64,000 bases of DNA from Cycas panzhihuaensis (GCA_023213395.1 CM041465.1:102183741-102247740), one strand, 5' to 3'. Counted from the first letter of the stretch, positions 41,304 through 55,300 are shown. The notes: generated by a model from the sequence alone, not told the origin. Program-made: numbers and translations.

Positions 41304-43246
41304 TATGGCAACCTAATACCCCAATGGTGTAAAATAATAAAATATTTTCTTCTCATTTTTTTTTTTTTCTAAAACCAAAAATACTACCTTCTTGAGACTA
41401 TTTAAGCTTAATCACCATAATGATAATAATAATAATAATAATACATAATGAACCACGGGACTAGCAAGTTACATACTAAGTTGATAATATGAGGGTTTCA
41501 AAATATAGATCATAGTATATGACACTAGTGTGCATGCACTTTACTCTTTATAATGGTATTAGGACACATAACCTAAGTATAAATTTCCACATATGTAATA
41601 TAATCTTGATATTTATTTCATAACTTTTATAGAATATTTATACAAGATCAAGATAAATAAAATTTATTTGAAGTGGGAAAACTAAATTACTCACAGATAT
41701 TCACCACTTAACCATTCAAAAAATCTACATGAGAATCTACCCTCGAGACGAGGCATGTGATATGAACATCAAGGTACTTCCTTCTAAATCTTCATTAATG
41801 ACCCAAATCCTAATATGGCATCTCAACATACTGGCTCATTAATATTAATCAAACTGTAGCTCAATATAAAACTCCAAACCTTATATGATGGTATCACACC
41901 ACATCTAACTTCTCTTTATGCTAATATGTTAAGATTAAAACTAGTGATAGCTCATACATATAGTCCCAATCCAAACCATTAACATGGTCCTAGACCAAGA
42001 CATTATCATACATTACTACTATATGTTCCTAAACTAGGTTATTAATATGTAGGATCATTATAGGGTCCCAACCTAAGTCATCATTACAAGCCAAATAATA
42101 TATATTTTCTCATTATGGAAGATGTTCCTACATATTTTGCATAGGAATAACCAATATATTCATAATCCCTTTTAGTAAATCCTCCACCTATAACAATATC
42201 ATACATCTACTAATAATATAAATTCCAATATAACTATCATAAGGGAAATTAACAATGTAAAGGTGAGTGTCACTTAGCAACAAATCCTTATTAGCTCCCA
42301 CTTTGTAATACAAGTTGTTCTTAGTAATTCTCTCCTTTCTTCCTTTCTTAAATATTCTCCCATCTTCTTAGAAAAGAATGAAAACCTCCTTTTAATATTC
42401 TCTTCTTACTCAACCAAAATAATAAAAACCACCTCCCTTGTAAGGGTGAATAAGTCTCCTAAAAATAAATGATGATTCCCTTAAAGTAAGTGAAATGACA
42501 CTAAAGTCCATACTAGTTTGAAAGTAAGATTTTCTTTTTCCTCACAAGGCTCCTATCATGAATGAAGATTCCCTCCAAGGTAAGTGAAATGGCACTAATG
42601 TCCACACCAGTATGAAAGCAAGGCTTTCTTTTTCCCCAAAAGGCTCTTATCATTACTTAATATTCCCTTTAAGGTAAGTGAAATGACACTAAATTCCATA
42701 CTAGTATGAAAGTAAAACTTTTTTTTTGCCCATAAGGTTCTTATAATTAATACTAGCCTAAAAGTAAGACTTTTTTTTTTCCCATACGACTTCTATCATT
42801 AATACTAGTCTAATAGTAAAAGTATCTTTCTTTCTTCAAGTCTCTTATTATTAAACAAGTTTAGACATAAAAGTTGGCTTTTAAAATTTATCCCTTATGA
42901 ATTTTCCTTCTCATTCATATCATATGCCCCCTCTTATTTACTTTTCACCCCCCTAAGCAATTTAGGTGCATTTATTTAGTGGACTTAGTATTTACATCAT
43001 TTACAATATATAGGTATGTAAATATCAAAATATTTGCATGTGTATAACATGTATATATAAACCTACTAACTCTAAGGCTATATAACACCATATTCTAATG
43101 TGAATTATGAACCAAGGTACATTTTACACACTTGATGGGGCTTTTAGCTAGCTCCCATTTACATTAAGGGATGATTATATTAAGTGAAAACATAGGAAGA
43201 GAATATATAATAAGGTTTATACAATAGATACAAATGAGGTATTACA
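41304..43246 (-). repeat. 5' LTR of the Tekay-like element
   Basis: Colinear with 14165-16026; follows the decayed PBS CTTTGATACTA. Confidence 0.9.
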
Positions 43247-44032
43247 CATGTAACTTTAGAATAATATTATATATTGCAAGATGAAGTGTGGTATGTTGAG
43301 GTGATTTCACCTCTAATGAATTATACTATGTAGTCAAGGGTACAAGTTGATATCTAGAAGATCAATTATAGTTTTAATATTTTCATATATAAAATCCATA
43401 CCCTCATATATCTCTCTTAGGTAAGGAGTATCTATATTAATAAAGTGAGGAATATTTGTAATAGGATTTAAAAGTTATACTAAGAATTGGATATCAACCT
43501 AAAATATTATATAAAAAATGAGATATTTGATATATAACACTTGTTGTAAAGTTAATAATATCCATTCATTCTATTATTTGTTGAAAATTATGTAATAATA
43601 CCTTATCCATCTATACTATTTGCTATAGGAGAATAACATAAAATATAAATCAATTTATTATTGGTTAAATAATTCTATCTATACATGGGTGTGGTAGATT
43701 GCTTATGCCTAATAGTAGCTATGTATAACTATTTAGATGGCTTTCCATTATAGAATTATTTTTTCCACTTGATTTAATCCACTAGTATCCTTCATTATAT
43801 TATTCAATACATATATACAATAAGGGGTTTAAAAAATATAAGAATATTTATATTATATTAATATATCTATCTATTTATGAATATGAGTAAAATTTATGAT
43901 AAACTATACCACTTAGACTTTGCTTGTCTTATTGATGGATACAAATAATACTTAGGCTTAAAAATCTACATTCATCTCTTATACTATAAAATCTAAATCT
44001 CTTAGAAAATAAGGGCTAGTTATTGAAGAGAC
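43247..44032 (-). pseudogene. hAT transposase, central part (continuation of the 13620-14164 fragment)
   Basis: Minus translation NPITNIPHFINIDTPYLREIYEGMD resembles PIxxxLRxxDxDxPxLGEIYEGMD; directly flanks the Tekay-like element. Confidence 0.6.
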
Positions 44033-44169
44033 TGTTGGAATTTAATATTAATATTGGAGAAAATAAGAAGTAGGTTTTATATATTATACTTATTTAAAGG
44101 CATGAAGGTAGTATGTAAGGCACAAATAATAGATAAGATATAATCTTTTTAATTTTAATATGATTTTAT

Positions 44170-47100
44170 TGTAGAAACTCAGAGATAGATATAAGAAAGA
44201 TTGATGATTTATTGAGATATTGATTACATATATATATATAATTTGTACATTGTAACTGACATGCGTCTAAGAGATACATGACAAACACTTGGCTATGAAT
44301 ATATAAAAAGGGGTCTTACATGACCCTCAAGTATACATTCCTAGATGAAACATTAAATTCTAACACCCTCTCTTAATGTTTCATCTTTTTATCCTATTTT
44401 GTCTCTAAGGACTATAAACTTGTCCTTATTGAGAGGTTTTGTTAAAATATCTACAATCTATTTATTTGTTGAATAGTAGATTAAATTAACTTCCTTGTTC
44501 TACACGTTTTCTCTTATAAATTGATAATGCACTTTAATGTACTTTGTGTAAGCATGAAGAATAGGATTTTTGGATAATTTTATAGTACTTTGATTATCAC
44601 AGAATAGAGTGATTAGTTCATGAAGAATAGGATTTTTAGATAATTTTATGGTACTTTGATTATCAAAGAATAGAGTGATTAGTTCCTTCTATCATTGATC
44701 CAAATCTGATAGTAATTGCCTAAACCATACTACTTCACAAACTGCAATGACTACTGATTTGTGTACCGAGGATAATAATACCATTGTGGCCTGTCTTTTG
44801 CTACTCCAAGATATTGCTATTGATCTAAGGAAGAAGCAATACTCACTTGTTGACTTCCTTTTTTCTTTGTCCCCAGCCTAGTCTGAGTCATAATATCTAA
44901 CTAGTTTGTTTGTTTTCTACTTTGGATATGTGAGCCTTAGATCAATTATTACCTTTAAATACCTAAAGATTCTTGTTACTGCTTTCCAGTGTATCATCTT
45001 TGGATCTTGCATATATCTTGAAACTAGACTTATTGAATATGAGATATCAGGTTTAGTTGTTATGAGATAAATTAGGCTACCTATTAATTACTTGTATAAT
45101 ATGCCATCTACTATAGGTTCATCTTTGTCCATAATGAGATCACAACCTACTTCTATAGGGGTGATGCAAGAGTTACTTTCCTCCATTTTAAACTTAAATA
45201 GTAGAATTTTAATGTATCTTCTTTAGGATAAGGAAATTGAGTTTTCCTTAGTGAACTTGTATCCCTAAATAATAATTTAGTAGCCCTAGATTAGTCATTT
45301 CAAAGCCCTTTTTAGTTGTGACCTTATATCTTCTATTGATTTATTATTATTACTAGTGAGAATCATATCATCTACATAAATAGTGATAACCCTAATTAGT
45401 CGCTATCATTTTTTGATGTATAAACTAGAGTCAGAGCTGCACTTACAAAAATCATTTTGAATGAGATATTTATCTAATTTTGCATACCAATCTCTTGGAG
45501 ATTATTTTAACCCATATATAGCCTTGTTAATTTGTAAATTAAATGTTCTTTCTTAGGCTAGACAAATCCTACAGATTGCTTTATGTAGACTTCTTCCTTA
45601 AGTTCATCATTTAGGAAAGCACTTTTTACATCTAACTGGTAGATCTTCTAGTTGTTTTGAGTTACTAGAGCTAAAACCACTCTTACTATGTTTAATTTGG
45701 CTACTACTGAGAATGTCTCTTTGTAGTTTATTCTAGTAGGCTGAGTGTATCCTTTAACAACTAGCCGAGCCTTGTATTTATTTATTTTTCCATCAGCATC
45801 TTATTTTATTTTAAAAACTCATTTACAATTCATTATAGGTTTACCTAGAGGTAAATTTACAAGATCCCACATTTGATTTTAAGAAATTGACTCCATTTCT
45901 TCATTCATAGCTATTTCCAATTCCTTGTATTCTTTTACTTCTTTAAATGATAGTGGTTCTATGTTTGTGAATAGAGCTTGATGTCTTTGACTTATTATAT
46001 TGTGTGTATATATATCTCTTTTACTTTCTTTAAGGATTTTTAGGCACCATCTTGGCATTATTTTTTCTTCCTTTTTTTCATCTTTGATGTTTGTATCTGT
46101 GGGAAACATTCCTTCTTCTTCGACTATAGAGATTTCATGAGATGCCCTTTCTAAATTCTCTACTACATGTTATGAGGTGATTCCAAAGACCTCTTTAATA
46201 GGCGACTATATTTGTAAAATTCTCTTGGATTTTTTTTCAACTATGTGTTAGATAAATGTGTCCTTTATGAGATCAACTTCATTAAAAACAACATCTTTAC
46301 TTATATAAACCTTATTTATTTTAGGGTCTATATATTTATAGGCTTTTGAATTTTTACTATAACCTATCATTATACACTCTATGCTTTTAGAATATAGTTT
46401 TGATCTCTTTTTTATCTGGAATATAAATAAAAGTTTTGCATCCAAATATTCTTAGATTACTTACATTTGGTTTGGTTCTGGTCCATGCTTCTTCTAGAGT
46501 GATTTGATCCAGAACCTTTGTAGGGCTTCTATTTATGAGATACTCAATTGTTCTGATTGCTTTAACTTAATAAAATTTTGAGATCTGACTTTCTTCAATT
46601 AAATGGATTAAGCCATTCCTATGATCGTCTTATTCATGCACTTAGTAACCCCATTGGATTATAGGGAATATAGAGTTGTAAGTTATCTTTGAATTCCTTG
46701 TGTCTTGTAGAAATTTAAAAACTCTTTTAAGATGTATTTACCTCTACGATCTGGCCTTATATTTTATTTTTGCTCTAAACTCCTATTTAACTTCTACTTT
46801 AAATTCTTTAAATTTTTTGAGATACCTTAGATTTACTATAAAGAAAATAAATCTAGGTTTTCTTATAGAAATCATTAATGAAAGTCAAAAAATACCTAGC
46901 ACTATTATTCGAGCAAGGTATGAGAGGACCACATAAATTAGTGAGCGTGTGTTTCAATTTACTTTGGGATTGCTATTCATTTACTTTAAATGGAAAATAA
47001 TACTATTTTCCTAGCATGCAACTTGTGAAAATAAGATATTGAAAAGAGACATTTGGAATACCATCAAATATTTTAGATTTCTATAATTGCATTAGTCTAT

Positions 47101-49264
47101 CAGATGAGATATGAACGTATTATAAATGCCACAATTTATTATTATTAGTATTGATTATAGTACATGCCTTTTCACTGATGGTCATAGGTTTGGAAAGTAA
47201 CCTATATAGATTATTACTTTCTATGCCTTTTGCAATTATGGTTCCTTCATTTTTCATGTCCAAAATGTGATTATACCTATTTTCATCAAACATTGTTCTC
47301 AACTTTTTCTTTCTTAGCTATGAAAGAAAAAGGAGATTCCTTTTTAACACTAGAACAAAAAGTACATTGCTAATTTTTTGTATGCCCCCTTTTATTTCAA
47401 TGGCTATGGTTTTGATTCCTTTGGTGTTTACAGGATGCTTGTCCTCTCATTTAATAGACTTGCATGAGGTGAAGGGTTTCAGAGATTCAAACCAATCCTC
47501 TCACCCGATCATGTGTTTTTATGCACTAGAATTAATATACTAAACCTTCTCATCTTCAAGGCTAATTGTAAGTACAATCATAAAAGTAATTTCTTCCTCA
47601 TCTTCATTGTCCTGCTCCTTACTATAGTTTCCTACAGGTCATTTTCCCTTCTGGAATTTGACTCTTCTTTGAAAGAATTGATATGGTTAGTATCCAGTCC
47701 ATCTATAGTGATAGTAAACATCAGAGGCTTTGTAATTACTAGAATAATATCCTGGTCTCCCATAGTTAAAACATACCCCAGCTTCTCTCAAAGATATACT
47801 GCGTCCTCATCCATGACTATCTTACTATCTTCCTTGAGATATACTCCATGTGTCTGGAGCCCTATCCCAACTACAAAATTAACCCCTTCCTCTATGCCTT
47901 AAATGGAGTTTAGTAACAAAGGCGTCATCAATTTCTCTCATGTCTTCATACCACTTATTTCTTTATTCGTGTCTAAACAATAATCTTATCAATTTATCAA
48001 GTGTTATTTTATTAATTTGATCATTATTAGTGAATTTGTTTATTATTACATCAAATGATCTCAAGAGCTTATTACCATTTCAACTATCTCTTACTCTTCT
48101 ATTTTGGCCCCTACACTTTATGAAGGAATTTTGAGATTGTTTCAGTCTCCTTCATGTTTAATTTGAATAAATCTTCTTTTAGTGCTATGATTTGGGCCCT
48201 ATTTTTTTGCCCATATACATTTTCAAACATTTGCCAAACTTCTAAAGATGAATTTAAATTTTTGACATAAATAAGTAACACATCTGAAATAGAGAGCTTG
48301 AGTGTGATTAAGGCTATATTATCTCTTTCTTCTTAACTAGGGAAATCTATGTCATTATCATATGGTTTTTCTTCTTAATCTATAGCTATTTTCCATGTAT
48401 TTCTTGCTCTCGATAGAATTTTTATTTTAATTTTCTACACATGATAGTTGGAAGTAGTCAATTTGTCTTAATCTGATAGGGCCAAGATAGTAGAAGCCAT
48501 TATTAATTAAAAAATAAAGTCTGAGACTTAAAACAAGCTTAGTCCATATAATTATACAAATTTTTCTATGCATGTTAAAGTGTACATATTTATATGAGAA
48601 CTATCCCAAATCAAAGTATTTATTGAGAGGATTACAAATCTATAACTACTTTTCGAGATGATTTTTTGAAAGAGAGAAAAAATGGCCAAAAACTCAAAAC
48701 TATGCAGTTAGGGTTTTATAGGAAAATGCTCCAAAAATTTGAAATCTCCAATGAAAATCCATGAAACTAGACTTAATATCTTTGAATGGTAGAAATACAT
48801 AAGATGTGATTGATTTTACTTGTCAAACAAAGAGATTTTTGAAGAAATATGCTATTGGATCTTTAAATCTATGCAGACTAGGTAGGAGGGCAAAATTACC
48901 TTAAAACAACCTTAGTTAGCTTTGACCCAATTAGGAGAAATGATGCCCCTAGTGAGATCTACCTTCTACCTAATTTTCGTCAAATTCTGACAACTTTTAA
49001 AAAATTTTGTCCATAAATGACTGTACAGATCTATACAAGTTCGTATAGTGAGGGGATCTACAATTTCTTGGTCTTTTGAATTCTTCAATTTATTTTAATG
49101 ATTGAATCAATCTTTGCCTTCTAATATTGTTATCTTCTAAAAAGTTTCTAGGCAACACAACTATCCTTTGATAGTTCCCTTTAGGCAGATATATTTTCCT
49201 GCTCTGATACCATGTAAAAACTCAAAGATAGATATAAAAAAGACTGATGTTTTATTGAGAGATC

Positions 49265-49359
<95 letters not shown>

Positions 49360-49524
49360 TATATATATATATATATAGATATATATATATATATATATAG
49401 TTTGTACCTTGTAATTGACATGTGTCTAAGAGACACATGTCAGACACTTGTCTATGAATACATAAAGAGGGGTCTTACATAACCCTTTAGTACACATTCC
49501 TAGATGAAACATTATATTTTAACA
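44170..49524 (-). mobile_element. Decayed full-length Ty1/copia element with short LTRs
   Basis: LTRs 44170-44365 and 49213-49524; perfect PBS GCTCTGATACCA at 49201-49212; PPT at 44366-44376; perfect TSD TTTAT; domain order gag-PR-INT-RT-RH; KRSKLYSKSIECIMIGYSKNSKAYK, YVDDMILT, FCDNQSTIKLSKNP. Confidence 0.95.
49268..49398. repeat. Compound (TA)n/(TATG)n microsatellite inside the copia 5' LTR
   Basis: Directly visible; the sister LTR has only about (TA)6-7 at 44227-44240. Confidence 0.95.
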
Positions 49525-51489
49525 TTTATTCTAATTTTCTACATTCATAACTTGGTATTAAAGTCAAGGTTTTTTTGGCATTAATATATGGATTTATAGT
49601 ATTGTGATTCAATTTTAAACATCATGTAATGGTTTGCATATGATGAAAATCAAGTTTACATCTAATTTACAATTGATTTGCAATGTGTTGCATTGTTAGT
49701 TATTGGTCATATAATGTATGTGATTGAACTATGGTCAAACACTTTGATTGATAGTATTGTTCCAACATTATTAGATCTTGAAGGTTTTTTTTCTTTGTTT
49801 TATAGTAGATACCCTATTTTGATATTGAATACAAGGATGAAGGAATTATTAATGCCCATACATTAGTGAAGATGAAGATGAAATTTCTCTAGATGGTGAA
49901 ACTTATATTGCTAAATGGATATTATATCAAAAGTAAATTCATTAGAGATGACCTCAAAAGTCAAGGATTTATCAAACATTCCTTTGACAATGAAGTTAGA
50001 AGGTTGTTTCCTTAACTCTACACTTATGAAGTATGAGCGTAAGACAATAAGGTTGAAGCAATTAGGAATAAAATTAAAGCATCATTGTTACCCTCTCATT
50101 CATTAGTGTTGATGAGGTGTGTTGGGAAAATATGGTTTATAAGCTTGTTGATGTATGTGATAGATATGACCAAGCAAAATGCTTAGTTTAAAATATTAAT
50201 GCTCCTTTGGTTCCTTCTACAAATGATCATGTGTATGTTCCATTCCCTAGTTCCAGTGTTATTCCTAGTCTAAATTTTGATTTAGGTTCAAGTGTTATTC
50301 CTATTTTAAATCTTGATTTTAGTTTAAGTGCTTCTCCCACTTCAAGTCTTGGTTCAAGCTCAAGTTTCATTTCTATTTTAATTTCTTTTATTTTTTTTCC
50401 ATTTAGTTCTTAAGTTTTGGTGGTACTTAAGATTATTCTCATGATTTGGAAGATTCTTATGTTATGAACTTAGATGATTTTAATGATGTGGATAATATTA
50501 GCTCAAGAATTCCTTATTTTAGCTCTTAAATTCTTGAAGAAGGCAATTCATATTATGATTTTAATTTATAAGTTGACTTTTTAGTTAATTAAAAGTAGTA
50601 AAAATAGGTTCAAAATATTCTTGATGTAACTAGTTTTGATATAGGTGATCCTTCATCTTCAAGAAGAACTTTTCTTATCGTAACTAATTTTGATATAATT
50701 AATCCTTCCACTTTAAGAAGAAATTAAGTAAATCATGTTCTCAAAGATGTTAAGTTTAACAAGTTACAATAATTTCTTAGCATGACCAACCTCATCATTA
50801 GGGAGAGATCAAAAATGATGATGTATTTATTTTTTTACTCTAAAGCCAATGTTAAAGGGGGATGTTGGAATTTAATATTAACATTGGAAAAAAAATAAGT
50901 CTGATTTTTTTAAAATTTTCTACCCTATTCATAATAGAGATAATGTCATTCAGTAAATAATAATTACATGCATCAATATAACTATTCATGATGATGCTAA
51001 AACCATGAATGTCCCATGTGTTGTATCAAAGGTTAAAACCTACTATGCATATGTAAACTAGAATCGTGGAAAAAATACACAAGGAAGATAGAGCCTAAAC
51101 TCATAGCTAATGTTATAATAAGGAATTCTTATAAATACTATAGTATGTATACAAAAGGGGCTGGGTAAGTCTTTTGGTTACCAAAGGCCATCCTCTCTCT
51201 AATGCATATTGTTATGATTTTAGACCTTTAGCTCTCACCCATGGATGACATATGTTTATACCCCATTTGGCATAACTACCTTAATCAACTTGTTCTACAG
51301 TGGAGCTTAAAGAGATATCCACCATAGTGGAACTTGAAAAACTATCCATTGCAGTGGAAATATTGTCCATAACATAACTCTTTCTACAAAACATGGCTTC
51401 CTCCTTTATGGAACCCAATCTTCATAATAAAACAAACATATATAAAAGCAAGCCCTAACATATAGGGACTAATTATGAATTGTCCTCAC

Positions 51490-52525
51490 TTCATATAAAG
51501 AAAAAAGAAGAAAAATACCCTCTGCTTTTGATTTAATCTTGTATTTTCTTTATTGGAGCAAAAAGAACATATATGGACACTCTTTCTTTCACTATTGAAG
51601 AAGATAAAAAGAAATACTAATATATTAGGAAGTACATAATCAATATTTGGTATGGAGAAAGATAGATTCCTAGTTGGACTAGATGATCTTTATTAATGAT
51701 GCAAAAAATACAATGTAGACCATTAATCTAGACTAATCCTTACAAGCTTATGTCTTCCATGGTGATAACATTCTTATAGTTTACAATCGTCACTAAGACA
51801 CATGGATAACTAATCACTACACTCCCCTTCTTATAGGAAGTATTCTAAATATGAGGCTTATTACTTATAATGGCTTTGAATAACATTCATCACATCAGTG
51901 GAATAACTCTCCCTCCAACCCACTACAAATTGTTTTATAATTGTACTTCACCCCTTGATTATACAATCCTTATATATCATCCTTCCTCTGTACTCCACCA
52001 TATCCTTTTGGTGCCTTGTACACACATTCTTACTTCCTTGATCATTTGATTACTCATGCATCCATTAGCAATTATTTTCAAATAAAAAATCTAGTTCTAA
52101 ACTACAAACTATTATAGTTACAAGTTTATAATTATGGAATACTATTAGTAAATTATTTTTTTAAAATACAAGAAATATTATTATATGATGAAGTATGATA
52201 AATATTTCATCTACTTTCTTTGTCTCAACTTTTGATCAAATGCTATAAATAATATAAAAGATGCTAGTTGCAATGTCTTAGTCTTAACAATATGCATATG
52301 AAGTCATTATTAGATTATTAATATGTACCTAAGATTTATGCAATAATATCCCATCTTTGGCTATGAAAAATTAGGTGCTTAGTTGGTTGGGCCTACATCT
52401 AAGTATAATGAATTAACTAGCTCCTTAGGTATTATAGGGTACGGTCAATTGTCATCACACAAGGTGCCTAAAGATGCATTTGTATATTTACATCACATAT
52501 AAGTATCAATATAAAAGAACTTTTA
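51490..52525 (+). repeat. Direct repeat, copy 1 (~1 kb)
   Basis: Colinear with about 53478-55298, offset about 1986 bp before the microsatellite (e.g. GGAGAAAGATAGATTCCTAGTT in both). Confidence 0.85.
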
Positions 52526-53477
52526 CAATGATTTGATAAATTCATAAAATTCTAAATGCATATTATATAGTACCTCTCGAAAGATTCATATGAGATCAAA
52601 ATACAAAAATGGTCTTAAAAAAATCAAACTCATAACATAACATTATTTTCTTTTTAGCTTATTTAGTCATGTAATGAATTATTTCCTCTCCTTCAAGGTA
52701 TATATATCGATAGTAGTAATTAACTCTAGAGATTACACTAGTATACTTAGTGACTTATATATGAGAGTCATCATAATATGTGAGAATCTTAACCATGAAA
52801 CTGACATAGGCTTGCAATCTTCCCCATCTTGATAAAATCCATCAACAAGATCTTGTTTTGATGTAACATGCATTTTCTTCCCTTTGTAGTACATACTATT
52901 CATTGGCTTATTATTGAGTAGAAATATTGCTTTGAAAGGTCAATGCTTGATATGATTATGGATTGATGTATAAAAAGGATTTACAATCAATCTCTTTGTA
53001 TTGAAAATGGTGTTAATAGGATTCCTCACATTGTAATTTTTGGTAGCATGTCTAATGAGATGCACAATGCTTGTAAACATAACATAAGTAGTGGTAGTTC
53101 TATTACATTGATTATTCATAATTATTTTAGCTCTATCATATTTCCATACTCCAATGCATGAGTATATTGCCTCAAATCAATCCTAATAGTTGGACCATAC
53201 CACTTATCAACCATTGCTACTAACTAGACTTGATTAAAATCAATGCTACCAAATAAAGCCCAATAAAACATATATAGTCCTTAAGCAAGTCCATAAACTT
53301 GTGGTAGTATTTTGAGTATGAAAGAGGCCTAGGAATCACCCAAACCTCTCCTTTAGTAACATTTAAGAAAGTCCTAAATAATCAATTAGTGTGTCATTAA
53401 CATGGTATAGATGGACCACTTTCTATTATTAGAATAATAAAGATTACCATAGTACTAAAAGAGATTATAGTTGCACT

Positions 53478-54270
53478 TGATATAAAGGAAAATAAGAAAA
53501 ATGCACTCCACTTTGGATTTAATCTTACATTTGCTTTGTTGGAAAGAAAATAAGAAATATGAACACCCTTTTTTTCCCTACTAAAAATAGAAAATAAAAT
53601 AGTAATATGTAAATAAGTACATAATTAATCTTTGGTGTGGAGAAAGATAGATTCCTAGTTAGTTTGTATGGCCTCTATTGATGGTGCAAAAACTACTATA
53701 TAGACCACTAAGTTGCCCTAATCCATACATGCTCATGACTACCATGGTAATAACATTCTTACAGTTTGCAATTGTTACTAAGACACATGAATAATTAATC
53801 ACTACACTTCCCTCCTTATAGGAAGCATTCTAAACATGAGACTTATTACTTGTAATGGCCTTGAATACCATTCACCACTTCTATAAAATAACTCTCCCTC
53901 CTAGATACTATAAATTATTTTATAGCTATACATCATTCCTTGATTATAGAATCCTTGTATGTATTCCTTCATTTGTACTCCACCCCATTCTTCTAGTACC
54001 TGATATATGTTACTTACATTCTTGATCATTTGATCCCTCATAGATCCACTGGTAATTAATTTCAAACTAAAAAATGGTTATAAACTACAAATTATTATTG
54101 TTACAAGGTCATAACTGTGGAATACTATCAATAAATCTTTTTATTTTTTTAATACAAGACATATCAAAACATGATGAAGTATGATCGAGACTTCATCTAC
54201 TTTGTTCATCTTGAATTTTAATTAAATGCCATAAATAACATGATGGATATTAGCTACAATATCTTAGTCT

Positions 54271-54323
<53 letters not shown>

Positions 54324-54341
54324 ATATATGTATAGATAGAG

Positions 54342-54395
<54 letters not shown>

Positions 54396-54501
54396 ATATG
54401 TATATATATACATATACATATATATATATATATATATATACATATACATATGTATATGTATATATATACATATACATATGTATATGTATATATACATATA
54501 C

Positions 54502-54535
<34 letters not shown>

Positions 54536-54577
54536 ATACATATACATATGTATATGTATATGTATATATACATATAC

Positions 54578-54645
<68 letters not shown>

Positions 54646-54670
54646 GTATATATGTATGTATGTATGTATG

Positions 54671-54753
<83 letters not shown>

Positions 54754-54816
54754 GTGTATATATATATGTATGTATATATGTATGTATGTATGTATGTATA
54801 TATATATGTATGTATG

Positions 54817-54891
<75 letters not shown>

Positions 54892-55022
54892 ACACACACA
54901 TATACATACATATATATAGATATATATATGTGTGTGTGTATATATATATATATATGCGTGTGTGTATGTATGTGTGTGTGTGTGTGTAGATATATATATA
55001 TATATATGTATGTGTGTATACA

Positions 55023-55086
<64 letters not shown>

Positions 55087-55298
55087 CAAATTATTGTTGT
55101 GTCCTAAGATTCATACAATAATATTCCATCTCTAGCTACAAAGTTAAGTGTTTAGTTAGCCATGTCTACACCTAAGTATAATGAATTAACCAATTCTTTG
55201 ATTAAGATAGAGTATAAATAATTATCATCACATAAGATGGATAAAGACACATTTATATATTTTGACCACATACAAGTATTAATATGAAAGAACTTTTA
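53478..55298 (+). repeat. Direct repeat, copy 2, interrupted by a microsatellite
   Basis: Homology to copy 1 resumes at about 55083, after the array. Confidence 0.85.
54271..55082. repeat. ~810-bp compound microsatellite (TA, TG, TATG, TACA, TATATG)
   Basis: Directly visible. Confidence 0.98.
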
Positions 55299-55300
55299 AT

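Larger units (their letters stand above)
14165..43246 (-). mobile_element. Ty3/gypsy Tekay/Del-like chromovirus with ~1.9-kb LTRs, hosting nested elements
   Basis: LTR pair; PBS remnant at 41290-41301; PPT at 16027-16043; decayed TSD CATAC/CATGT; gag TFNEKIKKGNEVKAWL (about 27600); PR-RT-RH-INT remnants at 23560-26800; chromodomain VEPIKILDRRVKMLQNQ...STWDL at 16080-16230. Confidence 0.9.
44033..50936 (+). mobile_element. Small non-autonomous LTR element (copia-like PPT) whose 5' LTR is split by a copia insertion
   Basis: TGTTGGAATTTAATATTAA at 44033 and 50863; PBS remnant TGGTATTAAAG at 49553; PPT AAAGGGGGA ending 50862; TSD GAGAC/GAGAT; ~1.3-kb internal region with no pol I could recognise. 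Confidence 0.7.

Noticed and set aside
47513-47902. 129-aa plus-strand ORF inside the copia
   Set aside because: Antisense shadow of the gag zinc-knuckle region
54250-55135. Long Ile/Tyr-rich ORFs in all frames (also 49168-49482 and 59017-59958)
   Set aside because: They are translations of TA/TG microsatellites, which lack stop codons; not genes
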